Source of the DNA: Mesotaenium endlicherianum
Taxonomy: Eukaryota
Reading direction: 5' to 3'
Length of the DNA: 33,342 nt
NCBI GenBank assembly: GCA_009602735.1
Contig: WELA01000963.1
Span: forward strand, 4,215 to 37,556
The notes beneath the pieces were generated by a model that ran no database searches, had not been told where the DNA came from, and saw nothing but the letters and a program-made list of their open reading frames with translations. Shown here one piece after another: positions 1 through 10,500 of this stretch. The translations under genes and the position numbers were made by a program. Position 1 is the stretch's first letter. The number at the start of each line of letters is the position of its first letter.

Positions 1-665
1 CTGGAAATCCGGCGGGGTATGCGGCGGATCCAATGCATGTAGTCACTCTAGGAGGCTCTCCTATGTCCACTAATGTGTACAAGGCATGTACTAGCACTCC
101 TATAGGCTAAGCATAACTCAAACCAATCAAAGCAAGGTGCGTAGGATATGCTACGTGGTCCTCATTGGCCGAGCTTACCTTGGGTGATTCTACCTAGATA
201 GCGCCTCAAAAGTGGATCTGGAAATTGAGGAAGCTTCCTCTAGGAGTAGGTGATGCAGTCACCAAGTTATAGGCTTAATGATGCACATATACTATGGAAA
301 TGCAAAGCTTATGTAGGTTAAGGGGCTTGCGGATTTGTGCGCACAAAGCTTGGGGTCACGAAAAGCCAACAATGTCACCTTTGGGGACATTGAGTCACAA
401 ATTAGGCCTTGGGAAAGTTCCGCTAGGGACCGGTAGGTGACGCGGACTAGATCGCACCTATATCGTTCGATACTTGACCAAATGACGCGAAATTGGTGTC
501 ATTTGGAAGATGCTTCGACGCGCTACACGTTGGTGACTTGGAAATCTAGAAAAGGTCAACATACGGATGCGTAAAGTCAATGCAAAGTCGGCCTTCCTAG
601 GTTGATGTTCCGCACATGTGGAGCTTGGTTTCTATACGACAACCTCGACTCAATAAATCATGACA
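1..665. mobile_element. Probable LTR fragment (right end) inserted into the integrase of chromovirus A
   Basis: Non-coding stretch ending AATAAATCATGACA (LTR-type ...TGACA terminus at 661-665). Homology to the integrase of element B begins abruptly right after it (CCTTCCTGGAACC vs TCTTTCCTGGAACC). The other end is outside the window, so no TSD can be checked. Confidence 0.5.
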
Positions 666-952
666 CCTTCCTGGAACCGTACATCAAAGGTAACACCTTG
701 TTCACAGGTTGGTTACCTGTCCAACCGAGACCAGACCCCGCTGTCCGGGATGGTGACCCTGAGGAATACGAGGTCAAGGAGGTTTTAGGCGCTCGATCTG
801 TCCGTCGATCATCTAAATATGTCATGAAGTACCTGGTCAGATAGAAGGGTTACGATGCCTCTGGGGACACTTGGGAATTTAAAGACCAGCTGACCATTGC
901 CAAAGGGGCGTTGAAGCGATTCCATTTTTGGACGGCTGGCACACCTCCCTAA
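666..952 (+). pseudogene. Integrase C-terminus with chromodomain (element A), premature stop
   Basis: FLEPY...EEYEVKEVLGAR...KYLVR*KGYDASGDTWE. The conserved Trp codon is TAG at 842; terminal TAA at 950-952. Closely similar to 6079-6340 on the - strand. Confidence 0.9.
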
Positions 953-1326
953 CTGTCATTTCAATTGCCCTGGACAGGTGACAGGAGGTCCTGTCTCCAA
1001 GTAAGTTGGAGGGGAATGTGACAGTTAAACGTGACAGTTAGTGAAAGATAGTGACAGTTGTGACAGGCAGCCCACCTTAAAATTAAATTGGAGGGAGTGT
1101 GTTCCGTCTCGGGATCTGTCAGGCAAATTTCTATGTAATCATTCTACATACTCAACCTGCGCTCACACTCACTTTTTCTCTCTGACTCAATTCTCCTCTT
1201 TTACTCACTCACACAAGGTATTACACACTTGGAACTCTCCCTACCACGTTCTTCTCCACCAAGGGTACTCAGTAGCGGCAAAGTACGATGACTTCACTGA
1301 TTGCATTGTGTTTATGATTGAGCAAG

Positions 1327-3728
1327 ATGACTTAGAAGTCGGAACTTAAGAGGAAGAGAAGAGCCGAAGAGGCACATGCAAAATACTTGCAATTCCGTGG
1401 CGACATCGAATCATCCTCCATCTCCGCTTGGGAATCACAACGACTCCAACAACAGCGGGAGGCACAGAAGAAAAAGGAGGAGGAGGAACAGGCCGGGCTG
1501 AGGCAGGAAGAACTGGACAGACAAGCTACTGAGGAGGCCAAGAAGGCAGAGGAGGAGAGGCAAGCTGAGGAGAGGTGGAAGTAACAGGCTGAAGAAGAAG
1601 AATAGAGGAGAATCAGCAGCTACCGTTACATAGTGCTGGGCAAGGGCTTTGATCTACTGGAGGAGGCCTTCAAGTATGCCTAGAGAAGTCGCAGTGAGTC
1701 GCAGAAGGAAATCCTGCAGAGGGAAGGGGAGACATATGAGAACTTTGACAAGTATATAGAGGTCAGCACAAGACTCCTCCTCTACCACAATTATGCCAGG
1801 ATGGTAGGATATGCGGTCAGAGAGGCCAAGGCAATGGCCCAAGTGAATGAGGAAGGAGCTGTATTGATTCTCGGTATCTGGGGGAAAGATAGGGTCATCA
1901 GGATGATCCCCATAGACGCGGACAGCTTTAAGGACTCTACATCCCATAATAGGTTCAAGGCCATGTATAATGAGGTGGAAAGAAGGAGTTGGGAATTCTT
2001 GGCCAGCAAAACCAGTTAGCTGGACTTTGCAGGGCATTGGTACCCTTGTACGCTGAAAAGGACAGACCCTGCCTTCTTCCAAAAGCCCACCGATTGGCGG
2101 TGGATGACCATTAACATGAGGGACCAGCAAAATGACAGGGCAGGGGAGGAAGATTTCCTAACAGACCTACAGGGGAACATAGTGTTGCCCCCTCACATTG
2201 CAGCTTGGGACCCAAGATTGGATGGAGTAAAAGACTGCATGAGTCAAGAAATGCAAGAGGACAGGAGCAGGGCCCGAGAGTCATTCTCTAAACAGAAGCA
2301 CGCTTATGCCAAATGGGCAAGCAAGCAGGGAGAGAAAGACCTGTATACGGTCAGGACTCAACAGCCCCCACCAGCACCCAAAAGGGGAAGGTCAGTGGGG
2401 TATTCTTTTTTTTGGGAAGAGCTGGAGCAACTCACAGAGGAGACCCCAGCAGCCTCAGAGGAGCCAGGGGAAGAAGAGGAGGAGTCAAAGGAAGAAGAGG
2501 AGGAAGGCAAGGAAGAGGACACTAGCCCCGCTGTGACCCAGTCACCTGCCACATCCCCTGTAATGGAGAAGACTGGATTGGCCAGGCAGACATAGCTTTG
2601 CACCAGATTGCTGAAGAGCAAGATATCACTTGGCTGGGAATTGCCAGAGGACAGAGCCCATCTGCAGGCGCAAAGACCCAGTCAGGCAGGAGGGCTGCTA
2701 GGGAAATAGTGAAATGAATCGACTCACTAAAAAGGCAATTAATAATTAATGAAGATCTTTATATCAGCAAGTAATCTTTATAGTATTTTCTGTTAATTGA
2801 TTAAACAGCAAAAGACAACACACTAGCAGTGGACAATACTCGTAAGTCAAATGGAAGTAAACTAGCATCAATAATGCAATCAGTAAACTCACACATAAGC
2901 AAGGCTAGGAGACAATGCATATCAATGGCTTCTCGCCTTGGATTCAGATATCTCTCAGTAAGCAGTACAAGAGAGTTGGCCTCGTTTCCAATTGCCGAAC
3001 TTGAGAGCAATCCTAGCATATCTACATGGAATGAGTTTACTGTTCAACGGCCAGTGCGATGGCACCGCCTACCCGGGAGTTCGCCACATTGGTAGGACCT
3101 CGATTAACCAAATCCACCACCATCTCCCATCATCCCGAATCGCCATCCACCCTAAGGATGTCATCTGGCCATTCATCTAGCACACCAGACTTAGATGCGT
3201 ATCTAGGCAGTTTGCTGCTACCGTGTACGGAAGTCAGCTGGCTGTCAAAGAATGTGTCAGCAAGCTGACCTAAGTTGACTTCAGCCTGCTGCCCCCGACT
3301 GAGTCATTAAACTGATTATTTTGTAAAATCCAGTAGACTCAATATTAACTAAAGTTCAGCAAGCTGAACTTATTTAACTATTAAATTTAAATGAATGTTA
3401 TATCAACCAATATACTGATTTATTACAAATAGCCAGAGGCCTGCCAGCATCTCCCTCGCAGAGAGGACATGTGCCCTTGGCTCATGTCATGCAACATCCT
3501 TCTGGGATGCCGGTATATGTACCTGTCAGTTTGAGGGATGCCCAGGAGAAGGCTGCCTCCCTCCATTTTCAGACTTTGCAGGAGGAAACAGCCCAGTTAC
3601 TGCGTTCTCCCCTTGGTTCCCCCTACTCGGAGCCCCCAGGCTTCAGGAGACCCCAAGACAGAAGGAAGAGGTCTGGCTCCCGGTCTCGCTCCCCTGAATG
3701 TAGAGCCCCAGGAACATCTCTCTCATAA
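1327..3728 (+). pseudogene. Decayed extra ORF of chromovirus A (coiled-coil N-terminus, conserved globular core, acidic/Pro-Ser-Arg tail); function unknown; interrupted by a solo LTR
   Basis: ORF pieces at 1387, 1801 and 2104 all share the frame of ATG 1327 and are broken only by TAG/TAA. Protein-level homology to 4620-5682(-), e.g. YNEVERRSWE, DSFKD, W[YF]PCTL, LPPH, QQPP. Removing the solo LTR plus one TSD joins REI|ARGLPASP in frame to ORF 3471-3728 (one probable frameshift near 2580). Confidence 0.75.
2710..3427 (-). mobile_element. Solo LTR (718 bp) with 5-bp target-site duplication AATAG
   Basis: Termini TGAAATGAAT...ATTTATTACA; AATAG at 2705-2709 and 3428-3432; high-identity inverted copy of 3900-4616. 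Confidence 0.9.
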
Positions 3729-3886
3729 GGGCAGTAGGCTGAGGGCGGAGGGACAGCACACTGTTACTAGTGATCCCCACCGTGAGGCATCAGTGTCGGA
3801 GCAAGAGGCGGTGGGAAGGAGATGAGTACTTTCAATTGGGGAAGATCTGGTACCCAGTGTTAGTGTTGTCGAGGCGACAACCTGTT

Positions 3887-3899
3887 AAGTTGGAGGGAT
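3887..3899 (+). promoter_or_regulatory. Polypurine tract of element A
   Basis: AAGTTGGAGGGAT immediately 5' of the LTR start TGTAAT. Confidence 0.8.
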
Positions 3900-4616
3900 T
3901 GTAATGAATCAGTATATTGGTAGAAATAATATTCATTTAAATATAATAGTTAAATAAGTTCAGCCTGCTGAACTTTAGTTAATATTGAGTCTGCTGGACT
4001 CATAAAATAATCAATTTAATGACTCAGTCGGGAGCAGCAGGCTTAAGTCACCTTCGGTCAGTGTGCTGACACATTCTTTGACAGCCAGCTGACTTCCGCA
4101 CTCGATAGTAGCGAATTGCCTAGGTATGCATCTAAGTGTGGTGTGCTAGATGAATGGCCAGATGGCATCCTTAGGATGGATGGCAATTCGGGATGATGGG
4201 AGATGGCGGTGGATTTGGTTAACCAAGGTCCTACCAACGTGGTCAACTCCCGGGTAGGCGATGCCATCGCACTGGCTGTTGAACAGTAAACTCATTCCAT
4301 GTACATATGCTAGGTATCTCTCTTGAGTTCGGCATTCAAAACGAGGCCAACTCTCTTGTACATCTTACGGAGAGATATCTAAATCCAAGGCGAGAAGCCA
4401 TTGATATGCACTGTCTTCTAGCCTTGCTTATGTACGAGTTTACTGATTGCATTATTGATGCTAGTTTACTTCCATTTGACTTGCGAGTATTGTCCACTGC
4501 TAGTGTGTTGTCTTTTGCTGTTGAATCAATTAACAGAAAATACCATAAAGACTACTTGCTGATATAAAGATCCTCTTTGATTGTTAATCGCCTATTTGGT
4601 AAGTCGATTCATTTTA
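3900..4616 (+). repeat. 3' LTR of element A (~717 bp)
   Basis: Starts TGTAATGAATC after the PPT; aligns end to end with the reverse complement of solo LTR 2710-3427. The right end is GATTCATTTTA (terminal CA apparently mutated) or ATTTCA at 4622. Confidence 0.85.
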
Positions 4617-4619
4617 ATT

Positions 4620-5682
4620 TCAGTTGTCAATTGATTGCCCCCTTTTAGACCTCCTCGGGGGTTGCTGGACCCAGAGCTTGCTAAGCTCTATTTGCCCTTC
4701 ATACTTTGTCCATTTGACAAAGGCGTGCTTTCCCTTAGATAAATAAACCCGCCCCCGCTTCCTGTATTTCTTCATCAGGGGGCTCATGTTAGAGAGGCAG
4801 CCATTGTGCCTAGGATCCAAAGGGGAAAATGAGGTGGCAGGATGAGAAATCCATCCAAATCATAAGGGAAATCGTCAAGGTGGGCTGGCTCACACTCCTG
4901 CTTCTCGTTGGTGATGGTCATCCACTTCTAGTCTGTGACATGTTGGTAGTACTCTCGCCCATGATTGGCCTTTGTCAGTGTGCAAGGAAACCATTGGGGG
5001 GCAAACATTTGCTGGCTTGTCTCCCTGGCCATGGACTCCCAACTTCTTCTCTCCACCTCATTGTAGAAATGACTCAGCATATGATAGTGCTTGACATCCT
5101 TGAAGCTGTCTGGTTCCAGGGCCACCATCCTGATGATCCCGTGGCTGCCCATTATGCCAGGCACCGGAACTGGTGCAAATTCTCCATCAAGGGCCAAAAT
5201 TGCTACCTCATCCTCTGTGCATCCCACCATGTTTGCATAATCTTTGTAGAGGACTAGGCCGGTGCCAGTTTCTACATACTTGTCCAGGGCTCCTTCCCCT
5301 TCCTCTGGAGCAATTTTTGCTGAGTGTCCCTGTTGATCTCATGAGCGACCAGCAAAGCTGCCCTAAGATTATCGAGCATCTGGCCCACCACAGTGTACCT
5401 GTAAGTGGCCCACTCTTGCTTCCTAGCCTCCTCAGCCTTCCTCGTCCTTTCTTCCTCCACTTTCCTGAGTCTTTCTACTTCAACAGCATCCTCCTGTTCT
5501 TTCCTCACCCTGGCCTCCTCAGCTTTCTCCTGCTCCTTCCTCTGCTCCTCCCGTTGTCGACGCGCTCGCTCTTCCTCCCTTCACGAGAGAGACATCTAGG
5601 CATTCTCTTGTCGATGGCGTTCCAGCTCCTTTTGAGCCAATTCGGCCTTGTGCATCCTGTTTTCTTTTTGGTTGGTAGGCAT
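4620..5682 (-). pseudogene. Decayed extra ORF of chromovirus B, homolog of 1327-3728
   Basis: ATG 5682 lies in the same GAGCAAGATG context as ATG 1327. E/R/K/Q-rich coiled-coil, then YRYTVVG, DKYVE...YANMVG, DSFKD...FYNEVERRSWE, WFPCTL, KHAFVKW, QQPP. Contains stops and frameshifts; truncated by the LTR of element A. Confidence 0.75.
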
Positions 5683-6078
5683 CTTGCTCACACACACACA
5701 CACACATGTGCATTAGTGTAGTCCCAAGCTTTTGTCTAATGAGTAGGGTAAGGAGTGAGAGCAATAATGAGCATGATCCCATTTGCAAAAACAACATACA
5801 CCAAAGATTAAGTCGAGTAAGGCTGTGAGTGCAAGAAAGTAGCCCTGCAAAATGGTGGTTGAGGTGTGAGGGCAGACGAGTGTGCAGAACGCTTATGTAA
5901 AATTATAGTTGTGCTCGACGAGTATGTGTCACACTCCCTCCAACTTAATGTTTAATTGGGCCGCCTGTCATTAATTGTCACTATCTGTCACTTTCCCCTC
6001 CAACTTACATAGAGAAAGGACCTCTTGTCACCTTCCCATGTCAACTGAAATGACCGTTGGGGTGATGTTCCCAGCTTC

Positions 6079-7137
6079 TCAAAGATAGAAACGCTTCAAC
6101 GCCCCTTTGGCATTGACCAAATGGTCTTTAAATTCCCAGGTGTCCCCAGATGCATCATAACCCTTCCATCTGACCAGATACTTCATGACATGTTTAGATG
6201 ATCGATGGACGAATCGAGCTTCCAGAATCTCATCCACCTTATACTCCTCAGGGTCACCATCCTGGACGGCGGGGACCGATCCCGGTTGGACTAATAATCG
6301 ATCTGTGAACAGTGTGTCATCCTTAATGTATGGTTCCAGGAAAGAGAAATTAAAGATTGGGTGACCCTTGTATTCCGCTGACATGTTCAGTTTGTAACCA
6401 TTTTGACTGACTCGGCGTACCACCAAATATGGACCCACCAGACAGGCCCAAGCTTTTTCTTGATGACCCAAAGAAGGTACAGGTGTTGAGAATGCAGTTT
6501 GACTAAGTCCCCCTTAGAAAAATGTCAGGTCCTGACGGTGTTGATTGGCATATTTTTGTTGGGTGTCTTGTGCCTTGTATAGATTGTGGTGAACTTCTGA
6601 CATGGCTTGTCAGCAAATTCCTGAGTCAACCCAAGGGAGACCGGATTGTCAATCCCCTCAGAGTGACTCAATGACTGCTCTAGGATATCTCAGGAAGACT
6701 TAAGGACTCTACCTTAACTATTTTCAAACGGAGTCTTTCCCGTTGACGCATGAACACCACTGTTGAGAGCAAACTGAATTTGGGGCAACAACTCATCCTA
6801 ATTATCTTGTTTTTGGTTAATATAGGCTCTCACTACCTCCTGCGAAACGCAATTAGTTCTTTCAGTCTGCCCATCAGTGTGAGGGTGGTTTGCTGTGCTG
6901 AGCAGCTGTTTCACGCACATTAACCCCATTAATGCTCTCCAGATTTTAAAGTCACTGTCTAAGATTATATTGGAGGGTAGCCCATGTTGGCATATTACAT
7001 GATTGTAGAACTGTCTCGCAAATTCAAGAGCAATCACTTTGACAGTGGTGGGGATGAAAATGACCATTTTTGTCAGTTTATCTTTCACTACCAGAAGAGA
7101 GTCATGCCCTACCCGTACAAGAAAGGTTAGCTTTGTA
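6079..7137 (-). pseudogene. Gypsy integrase (rve core, GPY/F, chromodomain), frameshifted
   Basis: ORF 6798-7145 gives the catalytic core. ORF 6079-6471 gives VGPYLV, HPIFNFSFLEPY and EEYKVDEILEAR...KYLVRWKGYDASGDTWE. Confidence 0.92.
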
Positions 7138-7603
7138 TGTGACAAGCTAGGGCAAGGGCGAGCACACTCAATTCAAGAGCAAGACGTTGGAGCGAGGACG
7201 AGCAGAATAGAGGACGATTAGCATTATTATGGTCGCGAGAGAGAGCAACGGATTTGCGAGCTAAGGGGCGTTCGTGAGAGGCTTTACAAGCAACCTACAC
7301 ATAAAAGCGAGGAAAACAAGCAAGCACAATCAATTAGCATACCCTTTAGCCATGACAATAAAAAATAGCATCTCACTCATGTATACAAACATACAAAGCT
7401 AAAACCATTATGGTGTTAGCTCGCGGCCTAAGTAGCATGCCCTCTCCTATGTCCAAACACTAATCGAATGGAACGAAAGTCTAACTACATCAATTGATGC
7501 GTCATCGCGTCACTACTCACAAAAATCCAAATATATAAAAATACAAAGAAAATCCACACAAGGTCGACCAAACGTTTTCAACCTATCCACAAGTGACGTG
7601 ACA
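7138..7603 (-). mobile_element. 3' LTR (466 bp) of a third LTR element (C) inserted into integrase B
   Basis: On the - strand, the purine tract ...GGGATGAGGGGGAG (7604-7634) is followed by TGTCAC...TGTCACA termini. Integrase B homology stops at about 7137. Confidence 0.65.
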
Positions 7604-8201
7604 CTCCCCCTCATCCCTTACTCTCCCTATCCCCTAGCAATCTCTGGGGCATACCCGTCGGGATTGCCTACGGTACGTGACAACCTAGCTATGGACAGTA
7701 GGGGCTCCCACTGAGTACCCGGGCCGACCCTTCAGGCGAGCAAACCTGAGGGTCGACCTCCACACGTGGGGGCGGCAACGTCATACATGGAGGGAAGAAG
7801 TATGCGCGTGATTTGGAGGGAGTTACACAGCTGCTCAACAGCAGGTCCTCGTGAGCACATTATGGGTCCCAGTGTTCACCACTACTGCCCACAGATTAGA
7901 CCATCCTCATCTACCACCCTAATCCGACTAACCACTACTCCTGCCATTGGCCCTCCACCCGTATGTACTACTACCAGACATCAAAGGGACTCGACAAGGA
8001 CGAGCATGACACCCGTCGCAGTCACCTTTTCGTGTGACTTAGACTTTGACTTCAATGTTGACTGTGCAAAGGTCAGTCACTTGGTCGGTGAGTCAACATT
8101 GACTGTCCGTACCTGGGCGGCCGTGATTTGCGCCACGCATGCTGCGCCGTCAAACTGATAAAAGCCGCTACATATAGGCAGTGCAACAAAGTGCAATTTT
8201 T

Positions 8202-8946
8202 TGTAAGAAGACGTGTTTGTAGAAGACCATTTTGAGCTGTTTACTTTCGTCAGGTCCGTCTAACCATCTGCTCATGCATGCTAGAAAAGAAAAACCTCCG
8301 AACCACTTCAGATTACCCACTCTTAACCTTAAATCTGATACTTTGTGTCTCGAACAAGGAGCATCTCAGCTTAAATCTACCTTTCGAAATATAGAGGGCG
8401 TTGAAATATCGCATAAAAAGGCATGAAAAACCAAGTGTGACCAAGAATTTTAAGGTGACCACAAGTAAAACTCTCTCAAGAAAGTCAAATAAAGTGGTCT
8501 TGATTGTGCGTCGTAGGTTGGTAAGCATCATTTCATTACAGAAACCCCCACTGACCCATTCTGTCATGAAAGCCTTTGAAGGACTCACAGTGACTAGTAA
8601 ATGTGGCTAAAGTGGATTATTGCCAATTATAGATGAATACTATGTACAATGATTGACGCCTTCCTTTTTTGTAGTCTCCGAAGGCAGATTGTCCCATATG
8701 GGGGAAATTCTATCAAGGATTTGGGAGGAAATCGAATATTTTGAGACATATCGACAAATATGTCTCAAAACAAAGATTGTGACATACAATATGTGCAACT
8801 AATTGAATTAGCACTTATACAATTCACCGCTCAAATCTAGATGTCAAGCATCTTCTACGCCAACTTCTAGTACCCTACTCAAGTCTTTAATTCCTAAATG
8901 TCAGTCTTTCTTTCCATTGCAAACAACATTGCAAAAGTAGCTTACA
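8202..8946 (-). mobile_element. Probable 3' LTR (745 bp) of a fourth element (D), related to A/B by PPT
   Basis: Perfect TGTAAG...CTTACA terminal inverted repeats. On the - strand it is preceded by TAAGTTGGGTGGGAT (8947-8961), nearly identical to the PPT of element A. Confidence 0.6.
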
Positions 8947-9989
8947 ATCCCACCCAACTTACTTCTTGAATAAATGCATAATATGATATAAAGAGTAAAA
9001 TTACAATGATTAAGTTAATTTAGTAAAATTTAGGAGTACAATGGCATAAATAGAAGTTGATACTACTGTACAATTGGATAACGAAGGAGATCAACCTAGC
9101 TACTTCTACTCTTATTTTTTCTGTAGTAAATCTAAGCCAATCTCTTTATATTCATCATTCCACTTTAAATTCCTTTATCTCAATGCATATCTACATATAA
9201 TATATATGTCACAAACACCCTTGAATTATGCAAGAGATGAAACAACAAAAACGATTGACAGACTCGACGTTGAAAAGAGGTCCCAACGTCAATGGGAGGC
9301 AATTTAGGCATACCCACTATTGAGAATCCTTACGCAAAAATTACAGTGGGTTAGAAAGATAGCGGATCAAACGGCCACTTAAAGTATCCGACGTCGTTCA
9401 ATCGCTCAATCGACTAATTTTGAAAATTAAAAGTGAAAAATAATAGTTTTACTTTGTCGACGGCCTTTCCCTTGTTGAAAAGTTGTTTGATAAATGACAA
9501 TCTTTGACATTGAGAATGTAGGTTTTCATGCGTGTGCATTTGAAGTCATTGAATTAACCACGGAATAGCTTTTTATATGGAGGTAGCAAGAAGTCGTAGA
9601 GAAAATTAATGAAATTAATGAAGTCAATTTCAACCTTTCATCCATTTCTTCATGTTTGATGTGGATAAGTAAGTATTGTGATTCCAGCAATTTTTATTTG
9701 CAATTTGACCAGCTTTGCAATCACACATACGTAGGCAGGATGTGAATTCATAAGTTGTTGTGTGTTCAAATAAATGCGTCGGACTAAAATATATGTGTTT
9801 TGAATATATCTAACTTTTGCAAGTTTTTCGCCTTTTTGTGTTTCTTTAAGAACATAATGTAACGTTGTTAACATGTGCCTACAATTGGAACGATCATAAC
9901 CAAGAATCATAACGTCCGTTGTTTAATCAATACATAGTTAATACATATAACACTTATATACTTGATAAAGTTAAGTATGCTTCACATTA

Positions 9990-10500
9990 AAATAAGTCCA
10001 CTTAGGCTGAAGTCCATCAAGTTGACTTGCTGAAACATACTTCGACAACAAGTTGGTGGGCTACTTGCCTGGTAATGCATCTCCTTTAATAAGTAGACGA
10101 TTAGTTAATTGAATCCCTCAGCAAATGGTGCTCTGGAATGGCGGGAGATGGTTATGAATTTGGTTAGCCAAGGTCCTATGAACGTAATTAAATCCCGAAT
10201 AGGCGTTGGCATTGCCGTTAAACAATAAATTGATTCCATATGTATATGCTAGAATTTTTGTCAAAGTTTGGCATTTGTAAAGAAGGCCAACTCTCTGTAC
10301 CTACTATTGGGAAAATATCTCAATTTCAGGTTGCAAGTCGTTACACGAATTGCTTACTTACCTTGCTCAAGTGTGAGTTTCTTAATTGCATGATTGATGC
10401 TCGTCTATCGGCATTTGACTATTGAATATTATTTGCTGATAATTGTCATGTTGCGCTTTGTTGGTTAGTCGAGTGAACCAAAAACACCATAAATATACTA
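9990..10500 (+). repeat. Older, diverged copy of the A-family LTR (boundaries approximate)
   Basis: Colinear matches to ~4040-4555, e.g. GGGAGATGG..TTTGGTTAGCCAAGGTCCTA, ATTCCATATGTATATGCTAG, GGCCAACTCTCT, ATTGCATGATTGATGCT, CATTTGACT. Confidence 0.7.

Larger units (their letters stand above)
666..4616 (+). mobile_element. Ty3/Gypsy chromovirus relic A, 3' half (integrase end/chromodomain, extra ORF, PPT, 3' LTR)
   Basis: Chromodomain 666-952; PPT-like tracts at ~1003-1015 and 1086-1097; decayed ORF 1327-3728; PPT AAGTTGGAGGGAT at ~3887-3899 directly followed by an LTR starting TGTAAT at 3900. Confidence 0.8.
4620..7137 (-). mobile_element. Ty3/Gypsy chromovirus relic B (integrase core, chromodomain, extra ORF), cut at both ends by younger insertions
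   Basis: Integrase motifs GHDSLLVVKDKLTKM, HGLPSNIILDSD, STANHPHTDGQTERTN; GPY motif; chromodomain; PPT-like tracts at 5994-6006 and 5934-5946. Confidence 0.85.

Noticed and set aside
1098..3427. One 2.3-kb LTR containing the extra ORF
   Set aside because: The AATAG TSD and the restored reading frame show that 2710-3427 is a separate insertion and that the element continues to the PPT at 3887.
666..6340. Single DIRS-like or TIR element with giant inverted repeats
   Set aside because: The symmetry is explained by two convergent chromoviruses plus a solo LTR with its own TSD; no tyrosine recombinase or transposase seen.
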